Below are positions 38,870 through 47,403 of a DNA stretch of 64,000 bases, piece by piece. The notes under the pieces are model-generated. The model made no database searches. It had not been told where the DNA came from and saw only the letters and a list, made by a program, of their open reading frames with translations. Origin of the DNA: Candidatus Marinacidobacterales bacterium (GTDB lineage Bacteria; Acidobacteriota; Vicinamibacteria; Marinacidobacterales; DATDRI01); the NCBI GenBank assembly GCA_965226495.1, contig OZ245365.1, forward strand, positions 1,024,001 through 1,088,000, given 5' to 3'. How positions within the stretch are numbered: position 1 is the first letter of the stretch; each line of letters opens with the position of its first letter. The position numbers and the translations under genes were made by a program.

Positions 38870-39091
38870 GTCTTCCCTTTTGGAGAGAGGTTCATGATTA
38901 AGGTCCACCCCTCACCCGGCCGCCTGCGGCTCTGACCTCTCCGACTTTTATTGAAGGGGGGGAGAGGTACATAATTACCCCTCACCCGGCCGCCGGTGGC
39001 GGTCGCTGGTGGTTCTTTTTGAAGGGGGGGAGAGGTACAAGCTCAAGTTTCACCGGCCACTCTCCCCGAAAGGGAGAGGTACAAGCTCAAG
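38870..39091. repeat. Cluster of REP-like CCCTCACCCGGCC...GGGAGAGGTAC elements
   Basis: Three related copies (about 38908-38970, 38978-39047, 39048-39091) plus a partial copy at 38870-38891; the third copy has the hairpin ctctccc-cgaaa-gggagag. Confidence 0.75.
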
Positions 39092-40448
39092 TCTGTTCCG
39101 CTTTCTTCAGCAGGTCCTTTCGCTGCAGATGGATCTTGTCGAAGCTGTCGGAGGCGATCACGTAGTACCAAGGGGCGAAACGCTTCGAGAGCGCTTCCGC
39201 CTTCTCTTTCCCTTTGGCTACGTCCTCTTCCCACCTTTTATGATCGTCGGCCAGCTTCTTGTTCTCCTTGTCGGCGTCGGTGAGCTCGCTTTCTTCCTTG
39301 TCTTCGAAGTCCGTACTGGACGGCTTCGGTGGTTCGGGAACGGCGGTGGAATCGAAATCCGCCGTGATGAATAAGTAGCGGTTCTCGCCCGGCCCGCTCG
39401 CCTCCTCCGACGAGCTCTCCGCTCCGGCACTGATGGCTTCGCCGCTTCCGAAGAGAACCTCCCCGAACCTGAGCGTGTAAAGAAGCCCCTCGTTGGTGCG
39501 CGCCTGAAGCTCGCCCTCGTTCGATAGGAGCTCACCACTCCGGGTCAAGTAGTATCCGCGACTCTGAAGAGACAGAGCGTCCGTGCGAGAGATCGTGAGG
39601 CCGGATAGACGCTCGTCGATTCCCTCCGGCTTCGGTCGCACGCCGACGATCTCGAGGTTGTCGACTCCTCCCAACAGGGAGTTCATCTTTGTCGTGTCTA
39701 GCTCCTGACCTCCCGGCGTGCGGGCCATGGTCCAGTCACCGTCTTTGGCGAGATCGACCGTGTCATTCGTGTCGACCATAAGCGTGCGCTCGTTGATGGA
39801 GTAGTCTTTGAGAACTACTTTATCGATCTGGCCCTGATCGACCTGCAAGAGATCCTTTTCGATCCAGTCCTCGAACCTCGTCGAGATCTCGGTGTCGATC
39901 TTCGCGGCATAGACGCGCTTCTGATCGGGGACGCGGACGAAGTGAAAGCCTTCGCGTCCTTCGAGAGCGTTGCCGACGATCAGATCGGCTAGGACGACTT
40001 CGTTGTCTCCCTTGATGGTGATGCGTTTTCCACGGCCCTGAAGGCCGGCCGTTGTCTCGTCGAGAGGATCGACGACTCCCAATGCCTCGTGATCCGACAC
40101 GTTGTCGGAGCGGAAGTCGTCCTTCACGATGCTGATGACGCCGGCGGCCGTCTCCGCCAGCCGGTCCTCACCGTCCGCGGGGTAGTCGTGATGCGACGGG
40201 ATCGTCCACAGACCGTTCTGGTTCGTGACTTTGAAGGGCCGCGCCGCAGCGGTCGCATCGTCGAACTCGATGACCTCCAGCGTGCGCGCCGTGTTGGGGT
40301 CTTGGAAAGCGGGGAAAAACGGCTCACCCTGATCGAGGAAGGCGTCGGGAGTGATGTTCTTTGGGGCGGTGATGACGGCCACGATGGCGAGAAGCACGGC
40401 AGCCCCCGCCAGATGCCTGGTAAGCTTTAGCTCACTCTTCATCGCCAT
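39087..40448 (-). CDS. DUF4340 domain protein
   Basis: N-terminal anchor; WTIPSHHDYPAD, LADLIVG, FVRVPDQKRVY, STRFEDWIEKDLL; follows a GldG-like gene. Confidence 0.8.
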   Translation of the reverse strand: MAMKSELKLTRHLAGAAVLLAIVAVITAPKNITPDAFLDQGEPFFPAFQDPNTARTLEVIEFDDATAAARPFKVTNQNGLWTIPSHHDYPADGEDRLAETAAGVISIVKDDFRSDNVSDHEALGVVDPLDETTAGLQGRGKRITIKGDNEVVLADLIVGNALEGREGFHFVRVPDQKRVYAAKIDTEISTRFEDWIEKDLLQVDQGQIDKVVLKDYSINERTLMVDTNDTVDLAKDGDWTMARTPGGQELDTTKMNSLLGGVDNLEIVGVRPKPEGIDERLSGLTISRTDALSLQSRGYYLTRSGELLSNEGELQARTNEGLLYTLRFGEVLFGSGEAISAGAESSSEEASGPGENRYLFITADFDSTAVPEPPKPSSTDFEDKEESELTDADKENKKLADDHKRWEEDVAKGKEKAEALSKRFAPWYYVIASDSFDKIHLQRKDLLKKAEQT

Positions 40449-43168
40449 TATGCTCCCTCCCTTAGCCTTCGGGCCGCCGCCGCTCCTTCGCGCGCGTTCC
40501 TCTGCCGGCGTACAAAAATGTAGACCCCAAGCAGGAATACGGGAATGGGCGGTAAGAGGACGGCGGACGTGCGAATGCCGCTCTGGATGCGGCGAATCTG
40601 GGATTCCATTCGCTCCTCGCTGGCTCGAATCTCGACTTCCTTTTCGGACTCGATATTGGTCTTCAAGACTTCGAATCGGCGGTTCTCTACCTCTTGTAGA
40701 TTGCGCGCCATGATCTGTTTCGTTTGCGCGTCGAGGTCGGCCCGATTCTGTACTTCCGCGATGCGTTCGTCGAGACGTCCCTGGGCCTCGGCGAGCGCCT
40801 GCTCGGCTTTTTGCTCCGCTTCGCCCTCTTCCTGGGTGCGCTGCTCGATGAACGCCTGCGTTTGATCCTCCACGCGCGCGAGTGTCCGGTGTCGGACGCG
40901 CCGGTTCCGAAGGGCGATGAACGACTCGTCGCCGACGAGCGTGTCAATGGCGTTCAGGAATAAAGTCACGTTGTCGAAGTTCAGGTTGGCCGGGCCCACA
41001 CGGCGGATCTCGAAGAACTGCTCGGAGATGAAGTCGAGATCGGTGATGGTGATGACGTGGAGCGGTGTCGCCTTCCCGGAACTTTCCTCACCTTCCGTGT
41101 CATCCTCTTTCTGTTCGGCGTTATTTTCCGTGCTCTTTGCGCCTTCTCGAATTTCCGCGGCGAGCGTATAAACCATCGAATCGGGACGGTGCGGCAGGTT
41201 GCGGTTCAAACTGGCCCCGAGAAAGTTTCGTTGCACTATCTGGGAGAAGTGAAAGCTTCCCGAGAACGTGCCGGATTGCAGGAGTGGGCTATAGGTGAGT
41301 CCCTCTTTGGAAGCCGAGTCGATTTGGCCCGGGTAGAGGAGGACGAGCTGCTGAAGCTCCGACGCCGCAGCGTGGCTCGAGCTGAACACTTCTTCGTTCT
41401 CGTTGCCCCTACCGAGGAAAACCACTTCGGGAGGTAGGTGTGCGAGATCGGGATGGGGATTGTAGCCGTCCCAAGTAATCATCGCGGGGTCCCAGCGGAA
41501 GCCGAGCTCGCTCATGAATGTCCGAATATCGCCCTTGGGTTGCGGCGGCGGCTGACCCTGGCGCATGAGGGGATTCATGGTGGCACCCGGCTGCTCCGAA
41601 GGTGCCAGACCCAGGTTCACGATCGGCAGAGGATCGACGAGGAGAAGTGTCGGTACTCCTTGCTTGATGAAGGCCAGGACGTTGTCCATCTCTCCTTGAG
41701 TAAGAGAGGAGGGGAGTGGGACGAGGAGGCCGTCGACTTCCTCCGCGATCGCGCTGGCGGGGGCGATCTGTACGACTTCGTACTGCTTCTTCAGCTCGTC
41801 GACGACAGACCAAGACGGTGACGGCCGCATCGTGTTGAAGTCGAGACCTCCAAAGAGACGGAGCTGAGTCGTGATGACTCCGACTTTCTTGCGTTCCGTG
41901 TCGGCGACAACCCGGATGCTGCGAGCGATCTCGTACTCCGCTGGCAAACCGCGGTCGAAGAACTGGATGACTTGTTCCTTGCCGCCACAAGTGAACGCGA
42001 GCCCAAGGAAGACTTCCTTGAAGCCCGCCCGCGCGCTCTGGAGGTTAGGGATTTCACGGGGCTGGATGCCGAATTTCTCGCGCGCTTCCCGAGACTCCTC
42101 ACTGAAAGGCTCTGTGTCATGGATGGCGACCTGCACGCGGCCGCCACTGGCAGAGGACATTTCCTTGAGAAGTCCGAGCACGTTGGCGCGGGTCTGGACA
42201 TATTGCTCGGGCACCTCTGGGCTGATGTAGGCCTGGACGAACACTGGCCTGTCTTCGTTGATTTGTCGTAAGAGGCCCTTCGTTTCTCGGCTGAGTGAGT
42301 GGAGCCTCTCCGCCGTCGTATCGGCACGAAGACCAAGACGACCGATGATGGCGATCGCGCTCACGAGGATGACGACGATGGAGACGACGCGAATGATCTG
42401 GTGCGTCGACATACGCATTCCCTCTGCCTCGCGCGGCCAGTGTCTCCGGCTCACCAGGAGCACGTTTAGATACAAGAAGAGGCCTGCGACCGAGAGAAAA
42501 TACAGGAGTCCTGTAAAACTCACGATTCCGCGGCCGAAGTCCTCGAAGTGCAGAAAGACACCCAAAGGCTCGAGGAGTCGCGCAAGACCCGTGCTCAGGA
42601 TTGCCGCCGCCGGCTCAATGAAGACGCCGATCCCGCAAAAGACGGCACCCAAGATGAAGGCGATCGTCACGTTCGACGAGAGTTGGGAAGCGAGCATGCC
42701 AACTGCGATGAGCGCCACACCAATAAGCCAGAAGCCAAAGTAGTTCGCGACCATCAGTCCGAGGTCGGGACTACCGAGAAACAGCAGGACCAGCACGTGG
42801 CTCAGCGAGAGGGCGAGCGACGCCGTGTAGATGGACAAGGTGGCGAAGTACTTTCCGAGAACGATCTCGAGGTCGGTGGCGGGTAGCGTGAATAGGAGCT
42901 CGTCCGTGCCTTGCTTCTTCTCCTCCGCCCAGACGGACATCGTCAGTGCCGGGACGAAGAAAACGAGGAGGTAGGGGAAGATCGCGTAGAGTTGGTCCAG
43001 GTTTGCGAGGTTGTTCAGGAAGAAGCGATCCTGCCAAAAGGCGGCAGCCGCGCTCAAGAAAATGAAGAGCGTGATGAAGACGTAGCCGGTAGGACTGCTG
43101 AAATACATTCGCAGGTCGCGTTTCGCGATGGCGCGCACGATGTTGAAGTTCACGTTCTTCGGCATCAC
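40448..43168 (-). CDS. Fused ABC-2 permease / GldG-like auxiliary component
   Basis: YFSSPTGYVFI, PALTMSVWAEEKKQGTDELL, DTTAERLHSLS, EYEIARSI. Confidence 0.88.
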   Translation of the reverse strand: MMPKNVNFNIVRAIAKRDLRMYFSSPTGYVFITLFIFLSAAAAFWQDRFFLNNLANLDQLYAIFPYLLVFFVPALTMSVWAEEKKQGTDELLFTLPATDLEIVLGKYFATLSIYTASLALSLSHVLVLLFLGSPDLGLMVANYFGFWLIGVALIAVGMLASQLSSNVTIAFILGAVFCGIGVFIEPAAAILSTGLARLLEPLGVFLHFEDFGRGIVSFTGLLYFLSVAGLFLYLNVLLVSRRHWPREAEGMRMSTHQIIRVVSIVVILVSAIAIIGRLGLRADTTAERLHSLSRETKGLLRQINEDRPVFVQAYISPEVPEQYVQTRANVLGLLKEMSSASGGRVQVAIHDTEPFSEESREAREKFGIQPREIPNLQSARAGFKEVFLGLAFTCGGKEQVIQFFDRGLPAEYEIARSIRVVADTERKKVGVITTQLRLFGGLDFNTMRPSPSWSVVDELKKQYEVVQIAPASAIAEEVDGLLVPLPSSLTQGEMDNVLAFIKQGVPTLLLVDPLPIVNLGLAPSEQPGATMNPLMRQGQPPPQPKGDIRTFMSELGFRWDPAMITWDGYNPHPDLAHLPPEVVFLGRGNENEEVFSSSHAAASELQQLVLLYPGQIDSASKEGLTYSPLLQSGTFSGSFHFSQIVQRNFLGASLNRNLPHRPDSMVYTLAAEIREGAKSTENNAEQKEDDTEGEESSGKATPLHVITITDLDFISEQFFEIRRVGPANLNFDNVTLFLNAIDTLVGDESFIALRNRRVRHRTLARVEDQTQAFIEQRTQEEGEAEQKAEQALAEAQGRLDERIAEVQNRADLDAQTKQIMARNLQEVENRRFEVLKTNIESEKEVEIRASEERMESQIRRIQSGIRTSAVLLPPIPVFLLGVYIFVRRQRNAREGAAAARRLREGA

Positions 43169-43941
43169 GACAGCTCTCCCGCGGCAGGCTCGGGACGTTC
43201 CGAAGGGGGCGCCATAGTGGAGGTCAGCCGGTAGAAGGGCTTCTCGAGAGATCCCCCTTCTTCGAGCTCTCGAGGCGTACCTTCGAACACGAGCCGTCCG
43301 TTGTGGACGAAAAGCACGTAGTCCGCGACTGCGTCTACTTCTTGCAGAATGTGGGTCGAGATGAGGATGGTCTTATTGCTGCCGAGATTGCGGATGTTCT
43401 CGCGGAACTGTCGGATCTGATTGGGGTCCAGACCGGCGGTGGGCTCATCCATGATGAGGACCTCCGGATCGTGGAGGAGCGCCTGCGCGAGCCCCACTCT
43501 CTGCTTGAGTCCTCTCGAGAGTTTGCCTATGGGCTTCTCCATCACTTGGTGGAGTGCACAAAAACTGCGAACGAAATCGAGGCGGTCTTTCAACTGCTGC
43601 GGACTCATCTCACGCGCTTCGCCGAAGAACTCGAGGAGCTCCTTCGGTGTCATGTCCGGGTAGAGCGGACCGTTCTCCGGAAGATAGCCGAGCTTCTTGG
43701 ACGCCTCGATGCGCTCCTTGTGTACATCGAGCCCGGCGATGCGCGCGGCCCCGGCGCTCGGGGCGAGATAGCCCGTTAGCATCTTCATCGTCGTGGTCTT
43801 GCCGGCACCATTTGGTCCCAGGAAAGCGACGATCTGCCCTTCCGGAATGGAAAAGCTGATGTTCTCTGTGGCGACGAAGGGCCCGTAGTACTTCGTCAGA
43901 CCCTGCGCCTCGATCATCGGTTTCGAGGAAGCGGTTTCCAT
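43165..43941 (-). CDS. ABC transporter ATP-binding protein (GldA-like)
   Basis: GPNGAGKTT, LSRGLKQR, IMDEPTAGLDP, STHIL. Confidence 0.95.
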   Translation of the reverse strand: METASSKPMIEAQGLTKYYGPFVATENISFSIPEGQIVAFLGPNGAGKTTTMKMLTGYLAPSAGAARIAGLDVHKERIEASKKLGYLPENGPLYPDMTPKELLEFFGEAREMSPQQLKDRLDFVRSFCALHQVMEKPIGKLSRGLKQRVGLAQALLHDPEVLIMDEPTAGLDPNQIRQFRENIRNLGSNKTILISTHILQEVDAVADYVLFVHNGRLVFEGTPRELEEGGSLEKPFYRLTSTMAPPSERPEPAAGELS

Positions 43942-44238
43942 GGAACGTGTACCTCCTTAATTAGTGTGAGTTTGCGGGGCTCTGTCGGCTGAGTTCGTTC
44001 CGAGCGCCCCCCAAGCCCAAATGGTAGGAACGTCCGATTCTACTCAAACGCTCTCATCAATACAAGTCTCGATAGCGTTATAACAGTTATGAACAAAGGG
44101 GTTAACTGGTTGGGGCACCGAGTGGTGCGTGAAAAAGGTAGGAACCCCTTTGAAGAGGCGAGATTGCGCCCCCCGGGAACGCCTCGTCCAGACGAAGCTA
44201 TCGCGAGGGGGGAGAAACCCAAGTGAGGCTAACAAGGG

Positions 44239-44263
44239 GCTTACCAGGTGGGTGGCACCTGGT
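44239..44263 (+). repeat. 25-bp palindromic element, left copy
   Basis: gcttaccaggtgggtggcacctggt; matches the reverse complement of 46683-46707 at 23/25 positions. Confidence 0.8.
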
Positions 44264-44323
44264 GGTCGACTGCAGCTGGTGGTCGACTGCAGCTGGTGGT
44301 CGACTGCACCTGGTGGTCGACTA
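44261..44323. repeat. 17-bp tandem repeat (about 3.7 copies)
   Basis: ggtggtcgactgcagct x2, ggtggtcgactgcacct, ggtggtcgacta; no spacers. Confidence 0.9.
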
Positions 44324-45154
44324 TTCGACGGCCTGGAAGATGCCTTCGCGAACCCAATCCCGGAACCAGCGAAAGAGCTGCTCCTCGCCCACCACCCCTC
44401 GTCCTCGCATTTTCCGAGTTGCAGCCACCGCATCGCCCAGGGCGGTCCCCTCGGCGAGAGCTTGGAGCAGGTCGTGCGCTGACCGGGATAGCTCGAGGCG
44501 CCAACAAGCGTAGTTGCGGCGGAAGACGGCGACCCTCGTGTCCTTCTTCCGGGCGTTCGGATGATCGTGGTCGTCTTCCTTCACCGATGTCAGGTAGGCG
44601 TTAACCGGGTACTGAAAGGACAGCAATTGAAAGGCTTCGATAGGCCGGAGCCGCGCGTCCGCCCAAGCCTCCGTCGGAACCTGAGCGATTTGTTCCGTGG
44701 TGAGAACAGGGGACTCGGGTGCATCGAAAACCTGACTCACGGCGAGCTCTAGTCGCGCCAGATCATGGAGAAACCCTCGTCGCGCGATCCCCGAGGCGGC
44801 ACGGATGTACTCCGGCAAATGATCTCCCAGACGATTGAGGGTATAGCTCCGCGAGGGGAAGGCCTCGACGTACGCGGCGACAAGCTCGTTGAACGCCTCG
44901 TCACCCAAGAAATGGGCGAGGGCGGGGTAGTCCGTCTCCAGGGCTTCCGCGAGGCGAACGAGATACATTCCGCGATAGACGTCCAGGCGCTCGAGCGATG
45001 TCAGCGTCGAGGAGGGCAGGATGATCCTCGTGACCTCGTCGGCGGGAATTCCTTCCGATGCCGCCGCGTCGAGCGCGTCCTCCTCGCTACCCGGGTGGAC
45101 GATGAACGTCTGCATCCACCGCTGGAATTGTTCCAGCTGGATCTCAGTTGCCAT
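44321..45154 (-). CDS. DUF2063 (BufC/HvfC-like) MNIO partner protein
   Basis: ERLDVYRGMYLVRLAEALETDYP, AYVEAFPSRSYTLNRLG, DLARLELA; overlaps the DUF692 stop. Confidence 0.88.
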   Translation of the reverse strand: MATEIQLEQFQRWMQTFIVHPGSEEDALDAAASEGIPADEVTRIILPSSTLTSLERLDVYRGMYLVRLAEALETDYPALAHFLGDEAFNELVAAYVEAFPSRSYTLNRLGDHLPEYIRAASGIARRGFLHDLARLELAVSQVFDAPESPVLTTEQIAQVPTEAWADARLRPIEAFQLLSFQYPVNAYLTSVKEDDHDHPNARKKDTRVAVFRRNYACWRLELSRSAHDLLQALAEGTALGDAVAATRKMRGRGVVGEEQLFRWFRDWVREGIFQAVE

Positions 45155-46007
45155 GGGTGTTCGCCGCCAATGGTTTGATCACGGTCTCACGATAGGCGCT
45201 GGCTTTCAAGACTTCGTCGTGCACGACGCCGAACTCCGGAATGTCGGCGTCCCATTCGAGAAGCGTAGCCACACCGCCTGTTCGCTGACAGCTCTGTCGG
45301 TAGAGCTCCCAGACCTCGTCGATCACATGGTCATTGTGCGTGTCGATGATGTGAGTCCCCTTGTTGGTGTGTCCCGCGAGGTGATATTGGACCACGCGAT
45401 CGGCGGGGATGGCATCGATGTAGACGCGCGAGTCGAATCCGTGGTTGAAAGAGCTGACGTAGACGTTGTTCACGTCGAACAAGATCCCGCAGTCAGCCTC
45501 TTCGAGGAGCCGCACGAGAAAGTCCCACTCCGTCATCGCGGAGGACTCAAACTCCAGGTAAGTCGACGCGTTCTCCAAAATCAGCGGTCGTTCCAAAAAG
45601 TCCGAGACTTCTTTGACCCGCGATACTGTGTGCCGGAGCGCCTCTTCTGTATACGGCATCGGCAGGAGATCGTGGACGTTCTGGCCCGCGACTCCCGTCC
45701 AACACAGGTGATCGGAGATCCAATGCGCCTTGGCGCGCGCCGCCAGCTCCTTCAGCTTGCGCAGGTAATCCCAGTCGAGAGGGTCGCCGCTGCCGATATT
45801 CATGGACACGCCGTGCATGGCGATGGGATAGCGCTCCGCCACCTGGTCGAGGATGTAGAGCGGCCTTCCTCCCGTGTCCATGAAATTCTCGGATAGGATC
45901 TCGAACCAATCCACGTCGGGATGATTGGCGAGGATGTGCCCAAAGTGGACAGTACGCAGGCCAACCCCCAGCCCGAGATCGGGGAAGTTCCAACGATTGG
46001 CAGTCAT
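45144..46007 (-). CDS. bufB: DUF692 multinuclear non-heme iron oxidative enzyme (MNIO; bufferin-maturase type)
   Basis: GVGLR, WFEILSENF, HGVSM, SDHLCW, DLLP, LEN, DVNNVYVS, HLAGH, IDTH, LLEWD; start placed at ATG 46007. Confidence 0.93.
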   Translation of the reverse strand: MTANRWNFPDLGLGVGLRTVHFGHILANHPDVDWFEILSENFMDTGGRPLYILDQVAERYPIAMHGVSMNIGSGDPLDWDYLRKLKELAARAKAHWISDHLCWTGVAGQNVHDLLPMPYTEEALRHTVSRVKEVSDFLERPLILENASTYLEFESSAMTEWDFLVRLLEEADCGILFDVNNVYVSSFNHGFDSRVYIDAIPADRVVQYHLAGHTNKGTHIIDTHNDHVIDEVWELYRQSCQRTGGVATLLEWDADIPEFGVVHDEVLKASAYRETVIKPLAANTHGN

Positions 46008-46046
46008 AGGAAGGACGTTCGTGTAGCCACACCAACAGGGAACGAG

Positions 46047-46074
46047 GGAGGTCACGGGGACGCCCGTGACCTCC
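46047..46074 (-). promoter_or_regulatory. Intercistronic 12-bp hairpin between the precursor and MNIO genes
   Basis: ggaggtcacggg-N4-cccgtgacctcc perfect stem without a U-tract. Confidence 0.7.
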
Positions 46075-46090
46075 TATCAGAACACAGCGA

Positions 46091-46450
46091 CTACTTTTTC
46101 TTCTGGTGCTCGGGCTTCAGAGGAACTTCGCAACCGCCCTGACCCTTGCAGTCGTTCTTGCCTTCTTTGCCACCGCAACCGCCCTGGCCCTTGCACTCGT
46201 TCTTGCCCTTGCAATCGTGCTTGGCGGCGGCAGAGGCGCAGCCGCCCTTGCCTTTACAGTCGTTCTTCCCCGCGCACTCGTTGTTATCGGTTTTGCAGCC
46301 ACCTTGCCCCTTACACTCGTTGTGGCCCTTACAGATATGCTTGGCCTCTTTCTCCTCCTCGGCCTTCTTTTCCTGCCCAAAGGCCTTGGAGCCGACGAGC
46401 ATGCCCGCAACCGTGGCGCCCATCAGCTTGTTAAAATCTCTCCTATCCAT
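46091..46450 (-). CDS. Cys-rich RiPP precursor (BufA2-like repeats) with twin-arginine signal
   Basis: MDRRDFNK..AFG signal; four (C)xGxNxCKGxGGC repeats, 11 Cys; RBS ggaggagg; first gene of the DUF692-DUF2063 run. Confidence 0.88.
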   Translation of the reverse strand: MDRRDFNKLMGATVAGMLVGSKAFGQEKKAEEEKEAKHICKGHNECKGQGGCKTDNNECAGKNDCKGKGGCASAAAKHDCKGKNECKGQGGCGGKEGKNDCKGQGGCEVPLKPEHQKKK

Positions 46451-46578
46451 CAGTCCTCCTCCCCCGGCTCAACGCTCACATCCGGGCCCTCACACCTTGT
46501 AGTACGTCGTGGCCGGCATAACGGATTACATCTCTCGAAGGCGAGAAGCCCGGTCCGCTGTCGCGCCGGTAGGCGACT

Positions 46579-46606
46579 AATATACGGCGCCCCGCGTTAA
46601 AGTCAA
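46579..46606 (-). promoter_or_regulatory. Putative sigma70 promoter for the precursor operon
   Basis: Minus strand TTGACT-N16-TATATT. Confidence 0.5.
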
Positions 46607-46682
46607 TGACTAACTTCTTGGGTCCGTTACAACTGGACAAGGCTATGTTTTACAATGGGTTGTAGCCGTTCGCCACGGATCT

Positions 46683-46707
46683 ACCAGGTGCCACCCATTT
46701 GGTAAGC
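46683..46707 (-). repeat. 25-bp palindromic element, right copy (inverted relative to 44239)
   Basis: accaggtgccacccatttggtaagc is the reverse complement of gcttaccaaatgggtggcacctggt. Confidence 0.8.
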
Positions 46708-46880
46708 ATGCCAATCGTGGTCGGCAACGCACCTGATTACGACCTGCTGCCCCCGCAGGTCGGTGCCGCCTGGAAGACTGATCATCAATAAGAATGGCCG
46801 GCCAGGCGTCCTACAGAAACGAGCAAACGACGAAGGCAGGTCCGCGCCGTGCTAACTCGCCCGATGAGAACGGCACGGAA

Positions 46881-47366
46881 TCACATGCGAATCTCCCGGT
46901 TTTTGATGAGCAGGTTTCCCGCGGCGTCGAAAGCGTTCTTGAGAGTGAAGGCTCGCGGAGACGGTCCAGCCTCCCACAGCCGGTCAAACCGTCCCAAAGC
47001 CTGCTCTACCGTCGGAAGCTGGCCCGCTTCGATCCACCACAGCACCAGCGATGGGCGCTCGGCCGAATGAAACCACTCGCGTCGCTTGCGAAAGAAATCT
47101 CCATGCAGCTCTCGGTACGTGTAGCGCTTGAGGTCTTCAATGGATTGCCACACCGACATGTTGAAGAGAACAAGCGGATCGCCGAGCACCCGCACGTCGG
47201 TGGCGTCCCCCACTTCGGTTTGAAACCTCCAGACGAAGCCCGGGGCCTGCTCCGCGGTGGCATTCACCCGCGCGAGGCCTTCCCGAAATTCGAACATGCT
47301 TGCATCTTGAAGTGGATGAAGCATCCAGGCCAGGTTGGCTTGCGCCAGATGTTTCGCTCGAGCCAT
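46881..47366 (-). CDS. DUF3291 domain protein
   Basis: HLAQAN, VNATAEQAPGFVWR, NMSVWQSIEDL..YTY...H..FFRKRREWF, VLWWI, GPSPRAFT. Confidence 0.88.
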   Translation of the reverse strand: MARAKHLAQANLAWMLHPLQDASMFEFREGLARVNATAEQAPGFVWRFQTEVGDATDVRVLGDPLVLFNMSVWQSIEDLKRYTYRELHGDFFRKRREWFHSAERPSLVLWWIEAGQLPTVEQALGRFDRLWEAGPSPRAFTLKNAFDAAGNLLIKNREIRM

Positions 47367-47403
47367 GCCTCCATTTTGTCAACGGCAAGAACGGAAGTAT
47401 AGG

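Noticed and set aside
39087-43941. Gliding-motility operon
   Set aside because: GldA/F/G-like ABC modules with DUF4340 are widespread in non-gliding bacteria; no other gld or T9SS genes are present
44261-44323. Possible mini-CRISPR array
   Set aside because: Units are 17 bp and contiguous, with no spacers and no cas genes
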